Assembly: GCA_951406725.2 (NCBI GenBank) | Contig: OX597818.1 | Span: forward strand, 112,096,001-112,160,000 | From: Octopus vulgaris | Taxonomy: Eukaryota | DNA length: 64,000 nt | Direction: 5' to 3' | In this document: piece by piece, positions 1 through 10,727 of the stretch | Layout: each line of letters opens with the position of its first letter | Position numbering within the stretch: the first letter of the stretch is position 1 | Program-made: the position numbers and the translations under genes | The notes under the pieces: model-generated | Told to the model about the DNA's origin: nothing | The model's database searches: none | Seen by the model: only the letters and a program-made list of their open reading frames with translations

Positions 1-888
1 GTGTAGAGTGAGTGAGAGACGGCATGAGAAAGAGAGTAGAAATGGAATGCGAGGAACGGAAACGGATAACTTTTAGCAAACCTATTATAAAATTCAACTT
101 TATCATTCAATAAATTTTAGCAGTCTCTGGTGATTAGAAATATAATTATTTTAACCATACATCGTTAATAATTCTTGAAAACAGTTGCGTGTATTCTTGT
201 ATCTCTTTTTCCAAATGTCAGAGTCCAAACAATCCTGAATTTATGGTGAAAATGACGCATTTTCAATTTATATCTTCAATAATCATGAATCATCATATCA
301 GAATATTTTAAATATTTGAAAATATTGGTTAACAAGACGCATTTAAATTTAAAATGAACGGATACTTATGAGAAAAATATAACAAATATATTTTGACAAT
401 TTTAATATCATCAGACGTAGACAAAGTTAACACAGAGAACGTTGGCGGTGATGACGTCATCGATTATTATGTTGATGGTGACGTCATTCGATCATTGTGT
501 GTATGATAATGAATGTGATATTATTACAGAATAAGTTATTTAATATTTGCTTTCACTGCAACAATTGCACACTGCTGTGCCTTGGATATTTGCATTTTTT
601 TATTCTGTTATTACATTCCTGAGATTTCTCTGTGTCATATATGTGCTGTGTTTAAAACTACCACATACTATATTTATCATTATCTCTTTTTATTATCACC
701 CCCCCAGGTACATTGTCTGTGACGCTTTATAATATTTCTATCATCACTTTTTCTGTAGGTGTTTCATAAAGATGGCAACATTATTTTATTGTGTGTACGA
801 AACCTCGAATACTGTCTTGTCTGATCATAATTTGTAATACGGCGTTGTCGTGCAGGTTTGAGATCATTATATTGTATATCAGCGTCTG

Positions 889-1194
889 TGGAGGCACATG
901 GCCTAGTGGTTAGAGCAGCAGACTCGCGGTCGAGGGGTCGCGGGTTCGAATCTCAGACCGGGCGATGTGTGTGTTTATGAGCGAAGCACCTAAGCTCCAC
1001 GCGGCTCCGGCAGAAAGTAATGGCAAACCTCTGCTGACTCTTTCGCCACAATTTTATCTCACTCTGTCCTCCTGCATCTTGCAGCTCATCTGCGACGGAC
1101 CAGCGTCTCGTCCAGGTGGGGAACCTATACGCCAAGGAAACCGGGAAACCGGCCCCATGAGCCAGGCGTGGCTCGAGAAGGAACAAACAACAAA
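889..1194 (+). mobile_element. tRNA-derived SINE, family A (OR/CORE-like), full length with TSD
   Basis: A box TGGCCTAGTGG, B box GGTTCGAATCT; tail GGAAACCGGCCCCATGAGCC shared with copies at 10482, 25702, 62662; 13-bp TSD ATATCAGCGTCTG (876-888) / ATATCATCGTCTG (1195-1207). Confidence 0.92.
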
Positions 1195-1299
1195 ATATCA
1201 TCGTCTGCTTTAAATAGATTTTGCCAATAACTAACTAATAGCAATATGTGTTTTCTTATACCAAATATCCATGTTTACCTGCGTTTTTAGTGTTGGGAA

Positions 1300-2050
1300 A
1301 CACTTGAACTATCTTCGCTGACTTCGGGAACCCATTATGCATCCCTTTACCTTTAAAATTTTGACGAGATATTTGAATAAAAGAACAGCAACTTTCAGAT
1401 TAGACACGTTTTATAAAGCATAATGTCTCCCTGTCGAAATGGAATTAGAAGGTATTAAGCATAAGATAGAAAAGTCAGTAGGGGATAATGGAAAATCTGA
1501 AGTTAATGTAATTGAAAGAAAAAGAGAGACAGGTACACAAGCTATTGCATTGAAGAAGATAATAAGTTGGGGAAAAGCAAAAATGCAAAATTAGGAATGT
1601 GGTGGAATTACCGGAATGACAACGTGAGGCAAGGTCTTAAAGTACCCTCAGCAAAATTGAAATGAGATATCTGAAAACCCTTGAGAATATAATGGTAAAA
1701 ATGCGAAAGTATTTGAAAATATTTTAGGATATGTTTCAGTTAATTGTCTTCTGGAGATAAATGACCTATGTGAAGCCGCTGCAGAAGTGGTAGCAACAGA
1801 TGCTGAAGAAAACCTTAGATGAAAGTGACGTATAGAAGATACCATCAAAAGATTAAGAGGGAGTGGATTCTACTACAGTGGTGTATGCAAAGGAAGTTGT
1901 TAGACGCATAAAAATCCAATGATGTATTACCAGATGTAGGGTGAAGTAGAAAGTATTTGACTTATATGTCGGGCAAAAATGGTATCCCTAACGGGAAAGC
2001 TGAGGGGATAACAACGGTATGCAACGAATTAATGAAATAGTAATCGTTAC
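1300..2050 (-). mobile_element. heavily degraded Penelope-like reverse transcriptase remnant
   Basis: Minus-strand peptides SFDGIFYTSLSSK (~1852-1815; PLE motif FDI.EFYPSIS) and VKGCIMGS (~1350-1327; motif B G..MGS); frames broken and spacing longer than typical. Confidence 0.4.
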
Positions 2051-2452
2051 CTTTAGATATCAGAGTGAAACATCTTCGAAATTGGCCAATAAGAAGTAAA
2101 TTAGGCCAAACGGATTCTAAGAATTTTCACAGAACAGTATTATCACTTATGTAACTACTGAAAAATATGATTCTTGAATGTCTCTCGAGTGGAATGATCC
2201 TACATCGGAAGAATAAGGGTAAAAAATTCCTTTTAAGGAAAGAGTAAGAGAAAAGTGGGGAGGTCCTTAACTACAGATAGAATAGGTAACTTGTTTAGCT
2301 CTATAATAGAAATTAAGATGGAAACTTACTAGGCACACTCTATCCACATTGAGTTGAAGACAATAATGATGAGGATGATGATAACAATTTATTAGCCACA
2401 GCGGCATAACTAACGGAGACAACCCAAGGACAAGAACAACAACAACAATAAT

Positions 2453-2453
<1 letters not shown>

Positions 2454-2486
<33 letters not shown>

Positions 2487-2560
2487 AGGAGAGAGAAAGA
2501 GGAGAGAGTGAGAGAGAGAGAAAGAAGGAGAGAGAAAGAGGAGAGAGTGAGAGAGAGAAG
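2454..2560. repeat. (GA)n-rich microsatellite with an internal duplicated unit
   Basis: Direct reading; GAAAGAAGGAGAGAGAAAGAGGAGAGAGTGAGAG occurs twice. Confidence 0.95.
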
Positions 2561-2609
2561 GGGGGGGGCATCCACTATTTTGGTGCTAATAATATTAATT
2601 TTGCAAATA

Positions 2610-2776
2610 GTGCCGCGAGTTCGTTGAATTGTTACAACGCCGGACAAGATGTTTGACAGCTCTAAATTCAAATGCTGCCGAAGTCGACGAAATGTATACC
2701 AGTTGAATCTTGGGACCCTATCACCGACTAACTTCCCACCTCAAAACTGCTGTCCTTGTGCCGAAATGTGAAACCA
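2610..2776 (+). mobile_element. degraded family C SINE
   Basis: TTCAAATGCTGCCGAAGTCGAC ... CCTTGTGCCGAAATGTGAAACC resembles family C body and short tail. Confidence 0.6.
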
Positions 2777-3386
2777 ATAACGTTATTTTTGCTAATATTA
2801 AAAGTAAGTCTAGTAATCTGGGAACGACAACAAATTGAACGTACATCGATAGTTTACCTGGCTTCGAGTTCTCAAGTAGAACTTTATGAATATTTAATTT
2901 GTTACGTTGGCAAAGGGCCACATATTTGTAGGAAGGAAGTAGACAAGTATAAGCTATTGGTCGAAGCCTAGAAGCTACATGTAGTTCAAATATTCAATGA
3001 ATATTTTCTGTCTCTATAAATATTTGTCAGCCTTGAGGTAAATTTCTTTTTACATCAATAATATTATAAAACCTTTCCTCTCAGTTAGTCTAACATGAAT
3101 TTATCGATCGCAAAAAGTCATATTACTAATAAATTACCAGAACAAAAGCCTATCTAACTATATATTTCATAAGAGCTCTTTACATACAATACCAAGTCAA
3201 AAAACAAACGCTGTCGCTGGCGAAGCATAACAAAATGAAATATATTTCTATCGACTAACATTAGATTTGTATATATAAAATCTGAATGATTCCTATCATA
3301 AAAACACAAGATAACTGATTAGACCAATATAGAAGAGAGAGGAATTTTAATAATTTCAATTTCTGTCAATTAATCAAGCACGTAAA

Positions 3387-3389
<3 letters not shown>

Positions 3390-3447
<58 letters not shown>

Positions 3448-3543
3448 GAGTATAAATAGTCATACACGATCACGCACATATATAGACATTTACGAATCTA
3501 CAAATATTTTGTATGTATGTATATATGTATGTGCATATCTACG

Positions 3544-3575
<32 letters not shown>

Positions 3576-3686
3576 CATACATACATACATGTATACAACA
3601 TATATGTACATTCATAAATATGTATGTATGTATTCATTGTATTCATATATATATATATATATATATATATAAAGATAGATAGATAG
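3390..3686. repeat. (TA)n/(TACA)n compound microsatellite
   Basis: Direct reading. Confidence 0.95.
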
Positions 3687-4044
3687 AATTCTTTGACAAG
3701 AATACTGTTGTCAGCGACTTCGAAGGACCGACATGATTAGCCTTCAGGCTACGGTATATTTCACTTCATATTGGTTGTAAGTTAATATTTTCCAAGGTTG
3801 GTGGAGTCCCTAAAAATTGATTTTCATCGAAGATATATCTACGAACCTTAGGTACATATTGTTTGCATACTTAATGCACACACACACACACAGACACACA
3901 CACGCACGCACATACACACAAATACAAACACACACACACACACACACAATCCACAGATTAGATCCAGATTTTCAGATAATGAAGTTTTAAGTATACATTT
4001 TTATTTTAATAGGTCCAACCTATTATAATCCAAGAGTATAAACA

Positions 4045-4310
4045 ACAGAGAAAATTAAAGTGGTGGAATAAAGATGTTGTTAGTCCAACAGCTCTTTCTG
4101 GGATCTCCTATATCCATGAAACTGTTGGTAGATGTGGTGTATCACAATATGTGGCTGTAATGGATATAATCAACCTTGGACAAGACCAGCCTCCCTCATC
4201 AAGTTATAAAAGATCTTACATTTCAGGTCTTAATGAAATGAAGTTCAAAGATGGTGGAATGATTAAATCTGGAGAGCTAGCTGTATCAAAGTGGGGGCGG
4301 GGGAATAGAA
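4045..4310 (+). pseudogene. possible degraded transposase-like fragment
   Basis: Long non-repetitive open frame NKDVVSPTALSGISYIHETVGRCGVSQYVAVMD...ISGLNEMKFKDGGM, then IWRASCIKVG after a frameshift; reminiscent of invertebrate DNA-transposon protein C-termini (recollection only). Confidence 0.3.
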
Positions 4311-5372
4311 AGCCGATGGGGTTATCCCTATACAACTTTAAATGTGTACTTGTACGAAATAGACACACATGCTCTCTCTCTCCCGTCCTCTCTCTATCTC
4401 CTCTCACAGACACATACACACACATACATATATGTACATATCCGCGTCCCTTCATAACGTTGTGGACATCCTCGGAGCAAGTTCGTCTTTTATAAAAAAA
4501 AAAAAAACTTAAAATAAAATCGATTGTAGTAAATGTTGCATCATGTAAATCAGAGGTAAAATATTTACTGTGTCTTCTTTTTATCACAGATATTAGTAGA
4601 ACACTGAATATAGGCGAGAAACTCTTCTAATATCAAACGTTGAAATATATATGCTCCGCATGTAAGAACTATTAACGCAAAAAGTAAACACTTGTAATAT
4701 TGTAATCTAAACAAACAAATCGTATATTTCTTCTGTCCTGTTTTTCTGTTTGATAATTCCTTGTTACAATTCAATAACCTCGTTGTTATTCAATTTTGTT
4801 CTTAACTATTTTGTCTCTTAGAATACCGAGAAGATTTTTATGGTAAAAACGGCTACAGATTTTCTAGAAACTAGAAGGTATAAATATATCAACATGGAAG
4901 AAATAAATAGCATATTTGAAAATTCCTTATTATCTTGTTATTTAATACAATATCTAAAACACCACGAGAAAGATTAATCTTTGTGAAAAACCGAAAACAA
5001 AATGGATTGTTTGAGTTCACCAAGGGAATTAAAGACAATTATGTACATTTGAAATGGATTGAATATAAATGTAAGGGTCGCTATTTTAGATCTGTAATTA
5101 TCCGTATCTGTTGCATAAATTTCAATTATTACTTTTCCTTTGTGTAACATTGATAACGTCATGTATTTAATATTATTTTGCTCTACAGGCGTTACCTCTA
5201 TGAAGTAAATGTACTGGACATAAAAAAAAATTACGGTTAACAATTTTACCATCATTATAATATTTGCTTTTATTTTCCAGCATTGTAAATCCTCAACACA
5301 TCTCTGAAGGAAGTATTTGGTAAAGTGAGAATACTTTTGGAAATCCGGATTCTACTCATTTCCGTGCTTGCC

Positions 5373-5470
5373 GGTTCTGATGATGGGTGCGCTTGAAGAC
5401 TTTATAACTTTAAGTATTTGCTTTTATTTTACTTCCCCTCAACGTTACATCAAACGACAATTAAAGAAGC
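5373..5470 (+). ncRNA. degenerate type-I hammerhead-like motif (PLE pLTR type)
   Basis: GGTT-CTGATGA-TGGGTG...CCCCTCAACGTT-ACATC-AAACG; shares CCCCTCAACGTT with the motif at 29755. Confidence 0.4.
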
Positions 5471-5663
5471 CATGTTGACTAAGTACCTACTATACATACA
5501 TACATACATACATACACACGTACATACATTGATATATATGTACATATGCATATATGTATTTCTTTCTCTCTGTATATATATATATATGTAAATTCAAAAT
5601 TTGACCGCGTGTGTATCGTTGGCGATTTTTTCCTTCCTTTCCTTGGATCTTTCCTTTTCCTGT

Positions 5664-5698
5664 GTTTCCGACGAAGAGCTCCGCTCTAAACGTTAAAT
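5664..5698 (+). ncRNA. minimal hammerhead-like motif within a repeat (~5595-5800)
   Basis: TTT-CCGACGA-A-GAGC-TCC-GCTC-TAAA-CG-TT-AAA: perfect stem II GAGC/GCTC, palindromic AACGTT; core deviates (CCGA, TAAA). Confidence 0.6.
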
Positions 5699-5802
5699 CC
5701 TCCTTCTCTCTTTCCTTTCATGGGGGTCCAATAACACTATACTTGTTCCATGTCCTCGCGTTGTTGTGTTTTCCCTTTGTGTTTTCATGCTTGGATTAAC
5801 TT

Positions 5803-5804
<2 letters not shown>

Positions 5805-5864
<60 letters not shown>
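5805..5864. repeat. (TA)n microsatellite
   Basis: Direct reading. Confidence 0.97.
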
Positions 5865-5867
<3 letters not shown>

Positions 5868-6124
5868 AAGACCTGGAACCCACAAGAGTAAACAACAGAG
5901 ACAGAGACAGGCAGAAAAAAGGAAAATGCCTCCTGTATTTGAATATTATGCAAATATTCTTTTAAAAATCTTTTCATTTAACTTTTCCGAAATTTAATTT
6001 TTCCGAAATTTAGTTATTTTCCATATATAGAATTGAAAAGGTTTTAATGACCAAAACCAGTATTGAAATGTCTTTTCTAAAAATATTTTAACATTTTCTA
6101 CCTTGAAATTTTTTTACACACACA

Positions 6125-6178
<54 letters not shown>

Positions 6179-6270
6179 AATATATATGTATGTGTATATA
6201 TATATATATAAAACACACATACACCCACACACCCACACAAAGACATGCACACACATGCATATATATATAC

Positions 6271-6431
6271 TCGCAAGCGTGGCTCTGTGGTGAGAACCTT
6301 GCTACCCAAGCACTTTGTATCGGGTTCAGTCCCACAGCGGGGAAACTTCAGGAAGTGTTTCTAATATAGACTCGGGCCAACCAAAGCCTTAAGAATGGAT
6401 TTGGTAGAGAGAAACTGAAAGAATCTCGTCA
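6271..6431 (+). mobile_element. family B SINE, 5' half
   Basis: GTGGCTCTGTGGTGAG...GGGTTCAGTCCCAC...GGATTTGGTAGAGAGAAACTGAAAGAA. Confidence 0.85.
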
Positions 6432-6462
6432 TATACCTATATATATAAATATATCATTATAT

Positions 6463-6623
6463 CACGAGTGGTTGTATGGTAAGTAGCTTGCTAAGAAACC
6501 ACATGGTTCCGGGTTCAGTCCCACTGCGTGGCATCTTGGGCAAGTGTCTTCTGTTATAGCCTCGGGCCGACCAATGCCTCGTGAGTGGATTTGGTAGACG
6601 GAAACTGAAAGAAGCCTGTCGTA

Positions 6624-6674
<51 letters not shown>

Positions 6675-6871
6675 GTGTGTTTGTTTGTGTGTCTGTGTTT
6701 GTCCCCCTAGCATTGCATGACAACCGATGCTGGTGTGTTTACGTCCCCGTCACTTAATGGTTTGGCAAAAGAGACCAATAGAATAAGTACTGGGCTTACA
6801 AATAATAAGTCCCGGGGTCGATTTGCTCGACTAAAGGCGGTGCTCCAGCATGGCCGCAGTCAAATGACTGA
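6463..6871 (+). mobile_element. family B tRNA-derived SINE with internal (TA)n/(TG)n, near full length
   Basis: B-box-like GGTTCAGTCCC; body CTTGGGCAAGTGTCTTCT...GGAAACTGAAAGAAGCC; tail GCGGTGCTCCAGCATGGCCGCAGTCAAATGACTGA; more than 10 copies in window. Confidence 0.92.
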
Positions 6872-6874
6872 GAA

Positions 6875-6905
<31 letters not shown>

Positions 6906-6907
<2 letters not shown>

Positions 6908-7330
6908 ACAAAGTGTAAAATTAATTAATTAATTAATAACTAATAATTTTACCAAGTAGTTCGGTATGTTAAAAGAACCATTATGGGAAAACGTATACAA
7001 AAATTCTATAATCATGAGCATCATTATAATTAGGGTTCAGCAAAATTTGCTTCACCACATACCGAAATTTAGAAATAGCAGTTAAAATCTACTATTCTCC
7101 TATTATAAGTTATCTCCCAGACAGCGATACTCAACAACTCACGCAGGTAAAGAGAAAAAAATAACGAATCCACTCGGTTCTGATAAACTGTATACGCGTT
7201 TTGGAGTTAGTGAGACGTGAAAAATGTAGAATCATTTTGCTATTCACTCTCCTCATCAGTACAGCATTTCAAAGATATCTTATTGAAGTAGAATAGTATA
7301 CTTTACATGCTATTTCTAAATTACGGTATG
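6906..7330 (-). mobile_element. Penelope-like pLTR remnant with HHR and short inverted duplication
   Basis: Homologous to 60142-60341; HHR at 7188-7264; CATACCGAAATTTAGAAATAGCA (~7057-7080) is inverted at ~7307-7330. Confidence 0.65.
7188..7264 (-). ncRNA. type-I hammerhead ribozyme motif (G12 mutated)
   Basis: Minus strand: CTGTA-CTGATGA-GGAGAGTGA...TCACTAACTCC-AAAA-CGCG-TA-TACAG; stem I CTGTA/TACAG, long stem II, palindromic ACGCGT, GUA site. Confidence 0.8.
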
Positions 7331-7516
7331 TATATCAGGTAGACAAATACAGTTACGCACGCCACACAAACACGCATGCGCGTGTGTATGCATATTTATA
7401 TCATACTAATCTACCACGATCTCTCGATCTCTTTTTTTTACTATTCGAACTTTTAGTCTTCTAGTAAGAATTGTTTCTCTTCTGTCCTTTACCTTCTATT
7501 TCTTATTCTTTTCTCC

Positions 7517-8111
7517 TCTAGGCACAAGCCCAAAATTCTGGAGGAGGGGCGCAGTCATTAGATCAATCCCAGTACGCAACTGGTACTTAATTTATCGACC
7601 CCGAAAGGATGAAGGGCAAAGTCGACCTCGGCGGAATTTGAACTCAGAACGTAACGGCAGACGAAATACCTATTTCTTTACTACCCACAAGGGGATAAAC
7701 ACAGAGAAGACAAAGAATGACAGACAAACGGATAAGGTCAATTACATCGATCCTCAGTGCGTAACTGGTACTTAATTTATCGACTCCGAAAGGATGAAAT
7801 GCAAAGTCGACCTCGGCGGAATTTGAACTCAGAACGTAACGTCAGACGAAATACCTATTTCTTTACAACCGACAAGGGGCGAAACACAGAGAGGACAAAC
7901 AAGGACAGACAAAGGGATAAGGTCAATTACATCGATCCTCAGTGCGTAACTGGTACTTAATTTATCGAACCCCAAAGGATGAAAGGCAAAGTCGACTTCG
8001 GCGGAATTTGAACTCAGAACGTAACGGCAGACGAAATACCTATTTCTTTACAACCAACAAAGGGCGAAACACAGAGGGGACAAACAAGGACAGACAAATG
8101 GATTAAGTCGA

Positions 8112-8112
<1 letters not shown>
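7517..8112 (-). mobile_element. family C SINE concatemer (~3 x 185-bp units)
   Basis: GTCGACYTCGGCGGAATTTGAACTCAGAACG at 7621, 7806, 7991 (period 185); B box GAGTTCAAATTCC on minus strand; central domain GCCTTTCATCCTTTCGGGGTCGATAAATTAAGTACCAG resembles Meta/MESC. Confidence 0.92.
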
Positions 8113-8169
<57 letters not shown>

Positions 8170-8170
8170 T

Positions 8171-8524
8171 CTCTTGGGCAAGTGTCTTCTACTATAGCCT
8201 GAAGCCGACCAAAGCCTTGTGAGTGGACTTGGTAGACGGAAACTGAAAGAAGGCCGTCGTATATATGTGTATATATGTGTGTATGTGTGTGTTCGTGTTT
8301 GACTGTGCGTGTTTGTGTGTCTGTGTTTCTTTCCCCATCCAATATCGCTTGACATGCGATGCTGATGTGTTTACGTCCCCGTAACTTAGCGGTTCGGCAA
8401 AATACATACCGATAGAATAAGTACTAGGATTACAAGAATGAGTACTTTAGTCGATTTGCTCGACTAAAAGGTGTGCCAGCATGGCTGAAGTAAAATGACT
8501 GAAACAAGTAAAAGAATAAAAGAA
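8171..8524 (+). mobile_element. family B SINE, 5'-truncated
   Basis: Matches 6535-6871; A-rich tail AAGTAAAAGAATAAAAGA. Confidence 0.9.
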
Positions 8525-9013
8525 TATATGCACTAACGCATGCATGTATGTATTCTGGAATCAAAGAATGATCAGTATCATACTTTTCGAATATCTCTGC
8601 CCAAAATTGGTTATGTTCATACAACGTGAGGTGATAAAACTTTCATTAAATACTCTACGCTCCGGGTTTTACTATTTTAGTGATATCTAGTAACACTAAT
8701 TCGTAGTTTTGTCTAATATCACTAATTAAAAAATGATTTTAAAAAAAATTAGTTTCGAAAATTATTTTATCTTATTTGCAGATCTCTGTTCCAGACATTT
8801 GCAAATTTGATTCATTTACGTTTTAGAAAGTGAGAAAATGCTTCCATTCTTAGATATAAGTAAGTAAATCTATGCTTGCTAGAAACAGTAAACTACAAAT
8901 GTTGGAATAAAACAACCGTTACTCATTTTGTCTTCGATGAAAATATTTAGAAAAATTATACTGAACGATGTAGTTCTAATACTACCATACAAAATCGAAA
9001 AGGTTGTGGTTGG

Positions 9014-9286
9014 GTTCTATATTTAAGAGATAAGGAATTATGTACATTATTTACATTATTTACATTTGACGGATATTTGTCCTCATCTTGTTTGTTGTTA
9101 ACACAACGCTTCGGCTGATATACCCTCCTGCATCGTCAGGTGCCTTGGGGAAATTTCGAATCTGGGTTCTCATTCCTAAGGTATTTTCGAAATTATCATT
9201 ATTATTATTACTTTTATTATTACCAATGCTTGGAATCGAACTCGGAATCTTGGTGTTAGTAGCCCGCAATCTTAACCACTACGCCA
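9014..9286 (-). mobile_element. composite element: tRNA head + (AAT)n + HHR-bearing tail
   Basis: Minus strand: TGGCGTAGTGGTTAAG (A box)...GGCTACTAAC...GAGTTCGATTCC (B box), AAT repeats, CCTTAGGAATGAGAACCCAG, HHR at 9101-9143; colinear copy at 18845-19227. Confidence 0.85.
9101..9143 (-). ncRNA. minimal type-I hammerhead motif
   Basis: GCAC-CTGACGA-TGCAGGAGGGTATATCAGCC-GAAG-CG-TT-GTGT; three-copy consensus ACAC-CTGATGA-A-GGCTG..CAGCC-GAAA-CG-TT-GTGT. Confidence 0.75.
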
Positions 9287-10254
9287 ATAATAGAGTGAAT
9301 TTTAGGGCTTATAAATCTAATATTTTTCTAACCTTCCTTAATACTGTTTCTTATATGCTGCCTATATCTGCACTCGGCCTAGGTTGCTGTGTCCTAGCAT
9401 ATGTCCTGCTTCTTTTAGTTTTCAAATGGGTACGATGGAAAAAGCCATGGGAAGGTCAATGCTTGGAATATGATTAAGAGAGAGCGTTCTTTCGAGAACG
9501 GAGTGGAGAGAATGATGTAATAAGAGAGTACCAAAAGCACACATTTATCTGAGCTTGCGGTGATCTCTTGTCGCAGGGCTCCTAGACGGCAGATAGATCA
9601 GTAAATGTACGAAGCTGCAAAACGAAGAAATCTAGAACGAAAATATAAGGAAGTGTAGAAAGAGTTCCACAGACAGTAGAAGAAAGGACAGATGAAAAAA
9701 AAAATAAATAAAAATGGAAGCATCTCACTTCTCCATTGATACTTTTAATAAGAAAACAAAAAATAATTGACGTGCAAGAGAGACAGATATAATACAAAAT
9801 AAGATGTCTGTTCCGCGAAAAGATGTCAAAGCAACAGTGACATGGTTCTTAGTTTAGCTTGTTACTTCAACAGAAATGAACAGTTTCTGCAAATATAGCA
9901 ATCGGACAATGTTTGCTGTCTCGTTAGTTGCTTAATAATATCGTGTAAAACAAAGTCAACAAATGTAAATCGATATCTTGTTAAATATTCAAAGCTCTGT
10001 TATATTTGCCAATGTAAAACTACATTAATTCATTTGTTTCAATTATTAATATAGAGAAGCAGGTTATGTCAATCGGCAGACTCGTTACACCGTCGGATTA
10101 AATACCGATTGGGCTTTACTTGCAGCCGTTTAGCTTGTTCTATTCTTCTTTTTTTGTTGTTTGTTTTACTTGTTTCAATCACACCCCTACGACCCTGCCA
10201 GAAAGGAGCTAAACTTCTCAAATTGACTGCTGGATTTATTGTAAATGGGTTCAA

Positions 10255-10347
10255 GTCACTGCCTTATGATGGCTGGAGGGTATATCAGCCGAAACCTTGT
10301 GTTAACGACAAACAAGATGAGGACAAATATCCGTCAAATGTAAATAA
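10255..10347 (+). mobile_element. HHR-bearing tail of the composite element, inverted relative to 9014-9286
   Basis: CTTATGA-TGGCTGGAGGGTATATCAGCC-GAAA-CCTTGTGTTAAC...GATGAGGACAAATATCCGTCAAATG(TAAATAATG)3. Confidence 0.85.
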
Positions 10348-10481
10348 TGTAAATAATGTAAATAATGTTCAAAATAAAATACTTGAAATAACAGCAATAA
10401 AATAAGTAAATCCTAGCAATTATTTTTCTAAACTTATTCATCTTTATTGTGTTTGTTTAAGAAATTTATATCAGCGTTATA

Positions 10482-10727
10482 TGGAGGCGTGTGGCTTAGT
10501 GGTTAGAGTGACGGACTTATGATAGTGGTTTCGATTCATGGACAGGGCGACGCGTTGTGTTCGTGAGCAAAACACTTCATTTCACGTTGCTCCACTCCAC
10601 TCAGCTGTCAGAAACAAGTAATCGTGTGACGGTCCAGAATCCCGTCCAGGTGGGGAATATATACGCCATTGAAATCGGGAAACCGGCCCTCATGACCCCA
10701 GAATGAAATATTAATTTGATTTTCTTT
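10482..10727 (+). mobile_element. family A SINE with TSD
   Basis: TGGCTTAGTGGTTAGAG head; TSD TATCAGCGTTATA (10469-10481) / TATCAGCTTTATA (10728-10740). Confidence 0.88.

Noticed and set aside
759-855. Possible exon between TTCTGTAG and GTTTGA
   Set aside because: Stops in all three frames; no other support
889-962. Functional tRNA genes (also 9222-9286, 18845-18910)
   Set aside because: Acceptor stems do not close and each continues into a repeated SINE body
7517-8112. CRISPR-like regularly spaced repeats (also 37147 and 38124)
   Set aside because: The whole 185-bp unit repeats with no unique spacers, no cas genes are present, and units carry a SINE B box
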